Sequence record: SRR20825006_717
Length of the DNA stretch: 63,559 bases
Reading direction: 5' to 3' (one strand)
Shown here: positions 19,553 through 29,897 of the stretch, piece after piece
Numbering within the stretch: position 1 is the first letter of the stretch
Layout of the letters: each line of letters begins with the position of its first letter
The notes under the pieces: model-generated
Seen by the model: the letters and a program-made list of their open reading frames with translations, nothing else
Told to the model about the DNA's origin: nothing
The model's database searches: none
Made by a program: the position numbers and the translations under genes

Positions 19553-20155
19553 ATGGAAAAATTTCATTTTGATCAGGATTACACCTTGGAAAACGACGTT
19601 GTGGCGCTCTATCCATTGAAAAAAGAACACATTGCTGAACTCAGTGAATTTTCTTTGAACGAGCCCGAGATTTGGAAATACTCTTTGTTGCAAGGTGGTG
19701 GAATCGAAAATCTCACGAAATACATAGACCTCGCTCTCGAAGACCGAAAGAAAGGCAACTCATACCCATTTATTGTTTGGGACAAGCGTTCTCAAAGATA
19801 TGCTGGAAGTACGCGTTTCTATGATTTCCAATCGACACACGAAACAACACAGTTGGGTTATACTTGGTACGGAAAGGACTTTCAAGGAACTGGATTGAAT
19901 AAAAACTGCAAATTCTTACTTCTTGAATTTGCGTTTGAACAATTGAACCTAGAACGGGTCGAGTTTCGCGCAGATGCCAACAATGCGAGAAGTATTGCGG
20001 CAATGAAAGGAATTGGTTGCATTGAAGAAGGAATCCTACGCAGTAACTGTCAAGGCATATCCGAAAGAAGAAACAGCATTGTTTTGAGTATCTTGAAGTC
20101 CGAATGGTTCGGAGGTGTAAAATCCAATCTTCAAGAAAAAATCCAACAACACTAA
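19553..20155 (+). CDS. GNAT N-acetyltransferase (RimJ/RimL-like)
   Basis: GSTRF, LGYTW, QGTGLN, NARS, EEGILR. Confidence 0.88.
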   Translation: MEKFHFDQDYTLENDVVALYPLKKEHIAELSEFSLNEPEIWKYSLLQGGGIENLTKYIDLALEDRKKGNSYPFIVWDKRSQRYAGSTRFYDFQSTHETTQLGYTWYGKDFQGTGLNKNCKFLLLEFAFEQLNLERVEFRADANNARSIAAMKGIGCIEEGILRSNCQGISERRNSIVLSILKSEWFGGVKSNLQEKIQQH

Positions 20156-20159
20156 ATTA

Positions 20160-21143
20160 ATGTCGAAAAAACATAAGAACGATTCAAAGTCAGCGCCGAA
20201 ACTTCATCCTCGAAACAAACATCAGGGAAGATATGACTTCGGTTTACTGGTAAAAACACTTCCAGAACTCGCTGAATTCGTTCAAAAAAATGTACGCGAC
20301 GAAGACACGATTGATTTCGCTAATGCTGTCGCGGTTCGTGCATTAAACAAAGCGTTGTTATTGAGTCATTACGATTTAACCTACTGGGAGATTCCTGAGA
20401 ATTACCTTTGTCCACCTATTCCAGGCCGCGCAGATTACATTCATCATGTTGCCGACCTTCTTAAAAATAACAACTTCGGAAAAACGCCAATGGGCAAAGA
20501 TATTCGTTGTCTAGATATTGGAACTGGAGCAAATTGTATTTATCCAATCATTGGTGCAAGTGAATATGGCTGGTCTTTTGTTGGTAGCGAGATCGATTCA
20601 ACAGCAATTGCTTCTGCGAAAAGAATCGTAGCAGAGAATCCGTCATTGTCTGAATTGATTAGTATTCGAGAGCAATCAGCCAAGCAACACATTCTGAAGG
20701 GAGTAATTCAACCGAGCGAACGTTTCGACCTCACTATTTGTAATCCTCCGTTTCATGCTTCATTAGAAGAAGCAAGGGAAGGAACCATGCGAAAAATCAG
20801 CAATCTGGAAGGAAAAAAAGCCCAAAAAGCGGTGCTTAATTTTGGTGGACAAGGAAATGAACTTTGGTGTGAAGGTGGTGAACGAGGTTTTATTGACAGT
20901 TTAATTCGCGAAAGTCAACGCTTTGCAAAACATTGTTTTTGGTTTACGACGCTTGTTTCTAAACAATCGAATTTAAAATACATTGAAGAGACGCTAAAAC
21001 GACTTCGATCTAATCAAGTGGTGATAATCCCAATGGGACAAGGAAATAAAACCAGTCGTGTTGTTGCATGGACTTTTCTTTCGGATGAAGAACAAAAAGC
21101 GTGGAAGTTGAATGAATGGAACAAACCCGCAGAAAAGGCTTAA
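20160..21143 (+). CDS. rlmF: 23S rRNA m6A1618 methyltransferase
   Basis: LHPRNKH, LCPPIPGRADYIH, LDIGTGANCIYP, CNPPFH, QGNKTSR. Confidence 0.95.
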   Translation: MSKKHKNDSKSAPKLHPRNKHQGRYDFGLLVKTLPELAEFVQKNVRDEDTIDFANAVAVRALNKALLLSHYDLTYWEIPENYLCPPIPGRADYIHHVADLLKNNNFGKTPMGKDIRCLDIGTGANCIYPIIGASEYGWSFVGSEIDSTAIASAKRIVAENPSLSELISIREQSAKQHILKGVIQPSERFDLTICNPPFHASLEEAREGTMRKISNLEGKKAQKAVLNFGGQGNELWCEGGERGFIDSLIRESQRFAKHCFWFTTLVSKQSNLKYIEETLKRLRSNQVVIIPMGQGNKTSRVVAWTFLSDEEQKAWKLNEWNKPAEKA

Positions 21144-21150
21144 TTCAACT

Positions 21151-21765
21151 TTACTTTTCGTCAAAAGATCTGAATTTTCCGGAAATGATACAATCTTCCA
21201 TTTCAGTTCCGTTCAACGTATAGGTCATTTTTCCTGAAAAAGTCCCTTCAATACTTGAATAACCATCACCCGTTTGTCCAATCAAGGATTTTGCTCCTTC
21301 CACATCTCGATTCTTTATTGTTTCAATTTCCACCTTCAAATCTTTGGCGCGAAATTCCTTTACTTCCGATTTGCCATTGGAAGTACCAAAATGTTGAATC
21401 ACCAGTTCGGATTTACAGATTTCATTTTTTGGTAAGTCATACGTTCCAGGTTTGGAAGCCGTTAATGAAAGTGTGAAATTGTTCTGAGCATAAGGAAACC
21501 CCACAAGAATGCATGGATCTTTATCATCGTTCAAACGATTGAAACAGGCCACAGAGCGATCGCTTTCAAACTCTTTCACTTTGGTCAGTACTGTTCCATC
21601 AGGAAGTTCAATATCGAAGGAAAAATAATCCTTTTGATTTGGATTCATTACCGCAGAACTAAATGCGGTATCGGTCTCCGTCCCTTCAGAATTCATCGTG
21701 GTAGACTCAGAATTTCCGCAAGACAACAAAAAAGAGATTGGTATTAAGTAGAAGTATTTTTTCAT
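21151..21765 (-). CDS. Hypothetical lipoprotein
   Basis: MKKYFYLIPISFLLSC lipobox. Confidence 0.75.
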   Translation of the reverse strand: MKKYFYLIPISFLLSCGNSESTTMNSEGTETDTAFSSAVMNPNQKDYFSFDIELPDGTVLTKVKEFESDRSVACFNRLNDDKDPCILVGFPYAQNNFTLSLTASKPGTYDLPKNEICKSELVIQHFGTSNGKSEVKEFRAKDLKVEIETIKNRDVEGAKSLIGQTGDGYSSIEGTFSGKMTYTLNGTEMEDCIISGKFRSFDEK

Positions 21766-21852
21766 GATCGTTTGTTTTCTCAAAACTACTTATGATCATT
21801 TCTCACAATAACAGGGAAATCCCTGAAAAATAAATTAGTGGAATCTCTGAAA

Positions 21853-23103
21853 TTACCTGTAGAGCAGGTATTTTTCTCTCACGATTTTAAATTGATCCAA
21901 CTCGTTCTTCCACGACAATCTAATTTCTTCTTCACTTTTTTTGGACGACAATTGCTCAATTAAAACATCATTTCCTGCTAACAAGTTGAAAAACTTAGCT
22001 CTGTCAACAAACGCTTTGCCGTTCAATAATTCATTCGCCGTAATTAGAAAACTTAGATCCAATTGATAAAGTCGAGCGTGTGCCGAGTCATTCAAATTGA
22101 ATCCATAACACACTTTTCCTTCGTGCTTTGGGTCTTTCGATCCATAGCCAGGCGTTGGTGTAAAAGAAAATGTTGTCTTCTCTTTCGGAAAATCAGGATG
22201 CCCGTATAGTTCAAACGGTCCATCTGTTCCTCTACCTACGGTAACCGTGGTACCTTCCAACAGGCATAAACTGGGATACAACTGAATGGAAACATCCGAT
22301 CGTAAATTCGGTGAAGGTGCGACTGGTAAAGAATACGGACGATTGTGAAAATAATTCTCACATGGAACCACGCTCAATTCACATTCCAAGCCTTTTTCCA
22401 ACCACTTCTCGCCATTGATCATTTTGCCATACTCTCCGATGGTCATTCCATATACAATCGGCACTGGATGCATTCCTACGAAAGACGTGAACTTCATATC
22501 CAAGACTGGACCATCAACGTAATGTCCATTCGGATTAGGTCTATCGAGAATAATAACAGGAATTTTTGCTTCAGCGCACGCCTCCATAACATAATGAAGC
22601 GTGGAGATATAAGTGTAAAATCGAACTCCAACATCCTGAATATCAAAAACAACAATATCGATTCCTTTCAGCTGATCTTGCGTTGGTTTTTTATTGCTTC
22701 CGTAGAGCGAAACAACTGTCAATCCTGTTTTAGAATCGATTCCGCTTTTCACATGTTCTCCAGCGTCAGCATCTCCCCTGAAACCATGCTCCGGCGAGAA
22801 CACTTTTTTCACATTTATTCCCGCTGAAATGAGCGAATCCACTAAATGCGTTGTTCCAATAAGCGACGATTGATTTCCAATGACAGCAACTCGTTTACCT
22901 TTCAATGTAGAGAAATAAGCCTCTGTTTGTTCAGCTCCCACTTTTATCTGAGCCAAGCCAATTTTCTCCTCACCAGGTGTCAGTAATTCTTGAACATCCG
23001 TATCGCTATAATGCTGAATTGGATTTCCATAGCTACAACTCGAAATCAAAAGCACGAAAATGCTTTTTAGGCACAAAACCTTTGTGTAATTTAGCCGAAA
23101 CAT
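21853..23103 (-). CDS. DUF1343 exo-beta-N-acetylmuramidase (NamZ family)
   Basis: FSPEHGFRG, DIQDVGVRFYTY, LDRPNP, PSPNL, GRGT; start chosen at ATG 23103. Confidence 0.9.
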   Translation of the reverse strand: MFRLNYTKVLCLKSIFVLLISSCSYGNPIQHYSDTDVQELLTPGEEKIGLAQIKVGAEQTEAYFSTLKGKRVAVIGNQSSLIGTTHLVDSLISAGINVKKVFSPEHGFRGDADAGEHVKSGIDSKTGLTVVSLYGSNKKPTQDQLKGIDIVVFDIQDVGVRFYTYISTLHYVMEACAEAKIPVIILDRPNPNGHYVDGPVLDMKFTSFVGMHPVPIVYGMTIGEYGKMINGEKWLEKGLECELSVVPCENYFHNRPYSLPVAPSPNLRSDVSIQLYPSLCLLEGTTVTVGRGTDGPFELYGHPDFPKEKTTFSFTPTPGYGSKDPKHEGKVCYGFNLNDSAHARLYQLDLSFLITANELLNGKAFVDRAKFFNLLAGNDVLIEQLSSKKSEEEIRLSWKNELDQFKIVREKYLLYR

Positions 23104-23113
23104 TTCGCGCAAG

Positions 23114-24811
23114 TTGGCATTTGAATATTTCATATCTCGAAAAACGCTTAAAAGTGTCGTGCAAGGTAAGAAAGTTTCGAAACCTATTGTACGCATTTCG
23201 GTGATCAGTATTGCTCTTGCAATTATTGTCAACCTCATTACGCTTGCCGTTGTTACTGGCTTTCAACAAGAAGTGCGCCAAAAAGTAACGGGATTCGGCT
23301 CTCACATTTTAATTCTTTCCGCAGGCGATAACAGTGTTTATGAAAGCGAAGCGATTCGTACGCAACAGCTTTTTCTAGACGACTTAAAAAATGATCCACG
23401 AATCCAATCTATAAATCCAATTGCCTACAAACCTGTTTTGTTTCAATCTGGAAAACAAGAATTGACCTACAAACTCTCGAACGGGAAAGATACCACCGAA
23501 GTTCAATACCAAGTTCACGGAGCAGTTATCAAGGGAATTTCAGGCGATTACGATTGGTCTTTTTTTAAGAAGCATTTGATTCAAGGTATTATTCCTGATT
23601 TCAGTAAAGATTCTACTTCGCACCATTTGTTGATTTCAAAGAAGCTTGCGAATGATTTGAAGTTTACCGTTGGACAAGAAGTTGGGGCATTTTTCGTAAA
23701 GAACCAATCCGTCAAACTAAACTTTTTCATCGCGGGAATTTACGAGACTGGATTAGAGGAGTTCGACAAACAAATTGCACTTGGAAAACTCAGCACAGTT
23801 CAAGAATTGAACGATTGGGGAATTCATACTTCTATTGAAATCATGGACTCCGTTCCGAACGGAAATATTATCGTGAGCGCAGATGTTTCTGGAGGAAATG
23901 GGAATTATCGCTACGACTGGGGAGATGGATTTGACGGTTACGTTGGAAAAATTCTTTGTCCACTTCGCGACACAACATTTCGACTTATTGCTACCGATTA
24001 TTGGGCAAATATGCGCGCGCCAGTTGAGGAATCCACGATTCCAGACACAGCATACATTTCGATCAAAGTTAAAAAAGATCTGGGTGGATACTGCGATTTT
24101 CAACTCAACGAAGTAAGTGAATTAGATCGTCACTATATTGGTAACGACCCAAACCACTTTGAACTTCGTTCACCAACCAAGACGCTCGAAATAAAGATCA
24201 CACCAGGGAAAGGAAGTTCGGAGAATTACGTTGGAGGCTTCGAATTAATGGTGAAAAACTGGGAGGAATTAGAACCAGCTCTCGCACACGTTAGCTCGCT
24301 AGTGGATTTAAAACCAACACCATTTGATGAAATTCTCATGACTTCAAGCATCATTCAAAATCAACGCGATATTTTCGTTTGGCTCGGATTTCTCGATATA
24401 AATGTGGTCATCATTCTCGTGTTAATGGTACTCATCGGAATCATTAATATGGGATCTGCGCTGCTCGTCCTTATTTTGATTCGTTCCAATTTTATCGGAA
24501 TGATGAAAGCGATGGGGGCAAATAACTGGAGTATTCGCAAGATTTTCTTGATCCAAGCAGGGTTTTTAATTGGTCGCGGAATGCTTTTCGGTAACGTAAT
24601 CGGATTGGGACTGTGCTTGCTTCAAAAATACACGGGTTTCATTTCGTTAAATCCAGAGGTGTATTACCTCACCGAGGTTCCAATTGAATTGAATGTTTGG
24701 CATTGGTTGTTGCTGAATCTCGGAACATTGGTCGTTTGTATTTCAGCGTTGATTATTCCAAGTGTGGTCATCACCCGAATTTCCCCCGTAAAAGCAATTA
24801 AGTTTCAGTAG
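23114..24811 (+). CDS. LolC/E-like (FtsX/MacB family) ABC permease with a periplasmic insertion
   Basis: N-terminal TM, long periplasmic loop, three C-terminal TMs, IGMMKAMGA, YYLTEVP, ISPVKAIKF. Confidence 0.88.
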   Translation: MAFEYFISRKTLKSVVQGKKVSKPIVRISVISIALAIIVNLITLAVVTGFQQEVRQKVTGFGSHILILSAGDNSVYESEAIRTQQLFLDDLKNDPRIQSINPIAYKPVLFQSGKQELTYKLSNGKDTTEVQYQVHGAVIKGISGDYDWSFFKKHLIQGIIPDFSKDSTSHHLLISKKLANDLKFTVGQEVGAFFVKNQSVKLNFFIAGIYETGLEEFDKQIALGKLSTVQELNDWGIHTSIEIMDSVPNGNIIVSADVSGGNGNYRYDWGDGFDGYVGKILCPLRDTTFRLIATDYWANMRAPVEESTIPDTAYISIKVKKDLGGYCDFQLNEVSELDRHYIGNDPNHFELRSPTKTLEIKITPGKGSSENYVGGFELMVKNWEELEPALAHVSSLVDLKPTPFDEILMTSSIIQNQRDIFVWLGFLDINVVIILVLMVLIGIINMGSALLVLILIRSNFIGMMKAMGANNWSIRKIFLIQAGFLIGRGMLFGNVIGLGLCLLQKYTGFISLNPEVYYLTEVPIELNVWHWLLLNLGTLVVCISALIIPSVVITRISPVKAIKFQ

Positions 24812-24846
24812 GAGGTTGATAGATTATCTTCCATTTAAAGTTAATC

Positions 24847-25477
24847 CTACGTATCACAGGTAATATCATCCCACGAAGTTCCGACTTGAGTTAACCATCT
24901 CAAAGTGAAATCACGTTCATAAATTACGCTATACTCATAATCTTTTGGAACGAAACATTCTTCCCTCCTGTGACTTCTTGAACACCAATGAAGCCTATAT
25001 ATAAAATCTGCTTCGTCATAAATTTCCGGACTTCTTCTTAACCTAGCTCCTTCTATAAATGACTCGATGGTAGGATATTTTATCAGAACTGATTCATTTA
25101 CCTTCAAAAGGTTCTTCTCTTCAGTAGGTTTATCTAACAGATCTATCTCACCAATACTCCAGTATAAAACTTTCAATGCTTCACTTCGCCAAGTAAGATC
25201 GATGACACTTTGCTTATCTAAGGATTTATTTTCAAAAAATCGCTTTTCACTCTAAAGCTACCGATTCCGCTTTTGTTTCTGAGCTGCCATTTACCGCATT
25301 ATTTACAACTTCCCATAAAGCGATTATTCGTTTAGCTATCTCTTTTGAAGTTCTTGATGTATTTCTATCTCTTTTATCTAAGAAAGGAAGGTTTTTATTG
25401 AACACAATCCCCAATTCTGAGAGGATTTTTTCTGAACGCTTCTTACTTTTTGGTGTTTTACTAAATAGCTTAAACAT
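24847..25477 (-). pseudogene. DUF4272-like protein, frameshifted
   Basis: 5' ORF stops at 25247; the +1 frame continues SEKRFFE...WRSEALKVLYW...YRLHW...ERDFTLRWL...WDDITCDT. Confidence 0.7.
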
Positions 25478-25486
25478 CTATGTCCG

Positions 25487-26476
25487 TTATCTTCCAAGCA
25501 TAAATCCGAGAACGAGTTCATGCCCTCCTGCGCTATAAGAGTTAAAGCGATTAATATTGAAATCAAACGAATAGCCACATTTAAATCTGTCGGAGATCGT
25601 AGCTCCAAGCATTCCAATCACTGCATCCTGATGACGGTAAGAAAGTCCAAACCAGAATCGTTCTTGGTAATCAAAAACTCCCGAAACTTCGAATGAAACA
25701 GGAGCAGGCTTCACGTACTTCACTAAAAATGACGGAGTAATTGTCCATTCGCGATTTGCTTGGAATTTATATCCTGCCGTAATATAAAAATGTCTCCGTG
25801 GATCAAAATTGAAATTCTGATTCCCAAAAGCGACTAAATCGTTGGTAAGTTGATTTGCCGAAACGCCCACGAAGAGCTCTTTTCCGTAGAAGTAAATTCC
25901 AGACTCCAAATCCATCGTATTCTGGCTTCCTTGATTTGCGGCATAGGCATTATACGTCCCGTCGACAACGCCCGTATTCGTTAAAGCACTCAATACTTGT
26001 GCCTTCCCAGGAATAAACGAACGGTTTGAGATTCCAGCACTCAAACCAAATGATAGGTTATATTTTCTATTCATTCGTAAATGATAGGCGTAACTTCCCA
26101 TTCCTTTAAACTGTTGAAATGGTCCGTATTGATCCACCATCAGATAGCCTCCAACGGCGTGTCCACCTTTACCCAATTTCAATTCAGGATGTTTTACTGA
26201 TTTATTTCCTCTTCGAATAACACCGTATGTGCGCTTCATTTTTGCGCTCTTTAATACTGATACTGGAGCGGCAAAATAGAGATATGAAGTCTTAGGGGCA
26301 TTATCAAAACCAAGCCATTGCATTCTTCCTCCTAAGGTGACATCTACAAAATCGTAGACTCCCGTAGCGCCTGGATTCATCATGATTTGATTCCTTGTAT
26401 ACTGGCTATACTGAGGGTTTTGCTGACCAAAGCATTGATTACAGAGGAGGACAAGGATTAAGAGGTGTTTGACCAT
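25487..26476 (-). CDS. PorP/SprF family T9SS membrane protein
   Basis: QQNPQYSQY...NPGATG, RMQWLGF.NAPKT, GYSFD, GGHELVLGF. Confidence 0.92.
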   Translation of the reverse strand: MVKHLLILVLLCNQCFGQQNPQYSQYTRNQIMMNPGATGVYDFVDVTLGGRMQWLGFDNAPKTSYLYFAAPVSVLKSAKMKRTYGVIRRGNKSVKHPELKLGKGGHAVGGYLMVDQYGPFQQFKGMGSYAYHLRMNRKYNLSFGLSAGISNRSFIPGKAQVLSALTNTGVVDGTYNAYAANQGSQNTMDLESGIYFYGKELFVGVSANQLTNDLVAFGNQNFNFDPRRHFYITAGYKFQANREWTITPSFLVKYVKPAPVSFEVSGVFDYQERFWFGLSYRHQDAVIGMLGATISDRFKCGYSFDFNINRFNSYSAGGHELVLGFMLGR

Positions 26477-26674
26477 ATCGTCTGTAAATTTAATCAAGAT
26501 TTGAACATAACGTCCAATCTTTAGCATGCCTATTACAAACGATTTTTTTAAACGAAACGTTGGGTTGACTTAGAATTTTGATCGTAAAATAAGTTGAACT
26601 AAATCCAACTAGGTCAAACTCTCACAGAACACTCTCTGTGTCAACACATTCCAATAAAAAGTCGAAACTTTGGT

Positions 26675-28180
26675 TTACTCCGTGACCATTTCCACAAACT
26701 GGAAGGGCTCATATTTCCCTTTTTCCTTCGCGTCATCGGCGTATTCAGGACCTTGAACTTGCGCCTCTTTAACAACTACTGTAATTCTATCTACGAGTTT
26801 CTTTCTCGTGAAATATTGGATCAAATCGTACTTTAAGTTGTTCGCACGTGCCTCTGCCAATTTCTGGTTTGTCTCAAAAGAATTCGTTGGTACATTAGAA
26901 GCCGAAGCTACAATTACCATGGTCATTTTTTCTCGACCTTCTTTCAGTTGCTTTTCAGCATCTTTTACGAAATCACGCAAATCTCCGCGATCTACTTTTA
27001 ATTTGTTTTGATTGTATCCAAAATAATGAACAAAAACCAATCTGTTGTAATCGATCGCTACAACTGGAGGTAGGATTAAATCGGGTTGAACAATTTCCGC
27101 AGAAGTTGTCGCAATTTGTCCCACAGCATCTTTAATCTGAACGGTATAAGTTCCGGGAGAAAGTTGACTAAGATCTTCTTTCGTTTGCCCATTAGACCAT
27201 GCATAGGTAAACGGTGCTACTCCTCCTTCAATCTTTAAGTCAATGGCTCCATCTTTTTTCCCATACTCCGTAACATCCATTTTTTGACAAATCGCCTTAA
27301 TTGGTGGTGGAGGTAAGATGGCAGTTGAATAAATATCACTTTTTTCACTTGCGCGGTTACTTGACCAATAAATTCTGTCTGCTCTTTTAATAAAGTAAGC
27401 ATCGAACTTTGGAGAGTTAATTTTGGAACCAAGGTTGGTTGGCGTCGACCAATTTGTCCAAGAACCATTTCGTACACTGTAAAAAATATCAGCGTCACCT
27501 TGTCCACCATGTCCATTGCTTGAAAAGAACAATGTGTCTTTTGATGGTGATAAAAATGGTGAAATTTCAAATCCTGCAGAGTTCACCTTTGAACCTAGGT
27601 GTTGCGGTTTTGACCACGATCCTCCTTCATTCAGACTCACGTATAAATCCTCTTCACCGAGAGAATTTGGTCCAGCATAAGAAATAATCATCGCAGATTC
27701 ATCTTCCGAGACGAAAAACCCGTAAAAATCACCTTCGATATCCAAGGTTGGAATTTCAATTTTTTCTGGCTTCGACCAAGACGTTCCATTTAATGTTGAC
27801 TTAGAGATCCCTTTTTCTAAATCTGTTTTTCCATCATAGGTATTCAAAAGATAGACAGCATCTCCAGATTTATTAAATCCAACAACCGAGTTATTGAATT
27901 TATTATTGAATTCTTTTACCAATTGTGCCTCTGAGTAGTTCGAACCAGTTATATCGCTGTACCAAACATCTTGATCGCTTGCGCCTCCTTTGTTCTGATC
28001 ATTGAATGAACGAACGAAGTAGAGCCTTTTTCCATCTGCGGAAAAAATTGGAGAGCTTTCTTCCGAACTAAGTTGATTTACCGTTTCAGGTAACTTTTCC
28101 ACTTCATCAATTAGCCATACTTGTGAATTCCCAACAAATCCAAGTGAAAGCCACGCACTCAATACAATCCAATTCTTCAT
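26675..28180 (-). CDS. PD40/WD40-like propeller + SprB-type repeat + degenerate OmpA-like C-terminus (PorE-like)
   Basis: Repeated W-S-x-P-x-x-LG-x-x-INS units, GGVAPFTYAWSNG, NQKLAEARA. Confidence 0.7.
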   Translation of the reverse strand: MKNWIVLSAWLSLGFVGNSQVWLIDEVEKLPETVNQLSSEESSPIFSADGKRLYFVRSFNDQNKGGASDQDVWYSDITGSNYSEAQLVKEFNNKFNNSVVGFNKSGDAVYLLNTYDGKTDLEKGISKSTLNGTSWSKPEKIEIPTLDIEGDFYGFFVSEDESAMIISYAGPNSLGEEDLYVSLNEGGSWSKPQHLGSKVNSAGFEISPFLSPSKDTLFFSSNGHGGQGDADIFYSVRNGSWTNWSTPTNLGSKINSPKFDAYFIKRADRIYWSSNRASEKSDIYSTAILPPPPIKAICQKMDVTEYGKKDGAIDLKIEGGVAPFTYAWSNGQTKEDLSQLSPGTYTVQIKDAVGQIATTSAEIVQPDLILPPVVAIDYNRLVFVHYFGYNQNKLKVDRGDLRDFVKDAEKQLKEGREKMTMVIVASASNVPTNSFETNQKLAEARANNLKYDLIQYFTRKKLVDRITVVVKEAQVQGPEYADDAKEKGKYEPFQFVEMVTE

Positions 28181-28186
28181 TTATTT

Positions 28187-29170
28187 TTATCTTCCTAGCA
28201 TTAAACCCAAAACCAACTCATGTCCTCCACTGCTGTAATTATTCAGTCGAGACACGTTGAAATCATAAGAATATCCTAATTTAAAACGATCACTAATATT
28301 TAGTCCCGCCATTCCAACAAGGGCATCTGTATTTCTGTATGAAACGCCAAACCAAAGCCATTCTTTGTACTCCAACTGAAGCGTTCCGTCAATAGAAAAA
28401 GGTGCTGGATTTAAGTATTTAACTAACACCGAAGGCATTAATGTTAAGTTATCCGAAATAGCGAATTTGTACCCTGCTGTTCCTTGAAAATGGATCAACG
28501 GATCAAAATTTGTTTGTACGTTTCCAAATTGAACTAAATCTCTTGTTAATTGATTTGAAGAAACTCCAATAAAAAGGTTGTTTGAATAAAAGTACAATCC
28601 AGCTCCAATGTCCAATGTATTCTGTGCTCCTTGGTTTGAAACAAAATTGTTATACGTTTGATCTACAACACCCGATCCATTCATTGCAGACAAAACTTGA
28701 GCGTTTTCACTTAAAAAAGCTCTATTTGATAAACCAGCATTGATTCCAAAAGAAAGATTGTAATTTTTTGCAACTGGAAGATGAAGAGCATACGTTGCTT
28801 GAGCACTTAGTGTTCTAAATGCGCCATATTGATCTGCAATTACTGCACCACCAATGGCATGTTTCAATTTTCCTGTTTTAATTTCTGGATTTCTAACTGG
28901 ACCTGCGCTTGTTCTAATACCAGGATTGTATCTAACTTTCGGTCGACCAATCGGCGTTGTAACATACAGATATGATGTTTTTGGTGCATTCTCGAAACCG
29001 AGCCATTGCATCCTTCCACCAATGGTTATATCTACAAAATCGTAAACTCCGGCAGCAGCAGGATTTACCATATATTGATTTCTATTGTATTGACTATACT
29101 GGGGAACTTGCTGCCCATAGGCAACAGAACACAACAATAAAGCCGTAAAAAAGACTAGCTTTTGCATCAT
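28187..29170 (-). CDS. PorP/SprF family T9SS membrane protein
   Basis: QQVPQYSQY...NPAAAG, RMQWLGFENAPKT, GYSYD, GGHELVLGL. Confidence 0.92.
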   Translation of the reverse strand: MMQKLVFFTALLLCSVAYGQQVPQYSQYNRNQYMVNPAAAGVYDFVDITIGGRMQWLGFENAPKTSYLYVTTPIGRPKVRYNPGIRTSAGPVRNPEIKTGKLKHAIGGAVIADQYGAFRTLSAQATYALHLPVAKNYNLSFGINAGLSNRAFLSENAQVLSAMNGSGVVDQTYNNFVSNQGAQNTLDIGAGLYFYSNNLFIGVSSNQLTRDLVQFGNVQTNFDPLIHFQGTAGYKFAISDNLTLMPSVLVKYLNPAPFSIDGTLQLEYKEWLWFGVSYRNTDALVGMAGLNISDRFKLGYSYDFNVSRLNNYSSGGHELVLGLMLGR

Positions 29171-29327
29171 TTTTCAAGTTTTCACAATTAAGCAAAGTGT
29201 TCATCAACACCACGTTTAGGTCCTGGGTTGAACTGTAAATTTAATGAACTTTTCCGATGTTTGGACTGTCAAACCAATCTAAGCACCAATTGTTTAGACG
29301 AGAATAATATAGAAATGGTTGAAAAAC

Positions 29328-29897
29328 CTACATACAATCGCACGGTGGATCAAAATCGAAGTCCACATCTGGCATTAAATTTCTCCACTTCTCTTGGAAA
29401 GCTGGTTTGAATCGAATCCCTGATAAATCGACCTCTTTGAGGCGCTCCAAACGAACAAGAGACTCGGGTAGAGACGCTAAGGGATTGTCGTACAAACTGA
29501 GAACTTCCAATTCCGTGAGTGAACCCACGCAACTGGACATTCCAGCGAGCTCGTTTCTATTCAGAATTAAAATTCGAAGCGATTTTAGTTTACAGATTTG
29601 AATAGGGAAAATACTAAAGTCGTTTTTCTCCAAGTTTAACTCTTCCAATTTGACAAAAGCTGTAATAAATTCGGGTAAGGTTGTAAGTTTATTTTTTCCA
29701 GCATGCAAAACACGTAACTCCGTAAATTGAGCCAAGTCTTCGGGTAATTTCTCAAGTTTCATTTTTTCGAATGAAATTCCGTAAATAGTATCTGGTGAGG
29801 CATTCTTTACTTCCTCCCATTTATAAATAGGAAAATCGTAGTTAGCATACGTTGTGCTAGACCAAAGAAGTAAAATAATTGCGAATAGTCTTTTCAT
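29328..29897 (-). CDS. Leucine-rich repeat protein
   Basis: LxxLxLxxNxL repeats; signal peptide. Confidence 0.85.
   Translation of the reverse strand: MKRLFAIILLLWSSTTYANYDFPIYKWEEVKNASPDTIYGISFEKMKLEKLPEDLAQFTELRVLHAGKNKLTTLPEFITAFVKLEELNLEKNDFSIFPIQICKLKSLRILILNRNELAGMSSCVGSLTELEVLSLYDNPLASLPESLVRLERLKEVDLSGIRFKPAFQEKWRNLMPDVDFDFDPPCDCM

Noticed and set aside
22345-22827. 160-aa plus-strand ORF and the many other antisense ORFs in the track
   Set aside because: Shadow frames opposite well-supported genes, with no motifs.
25240-25262. Programmed frameshift in the DUF4272-like gene (CTTTAG resembles the prfB site)
   Set aside because: CTT TAG is in the downstream frame, and a GAG-to-AGT shift allows no tRNA re-pairing.
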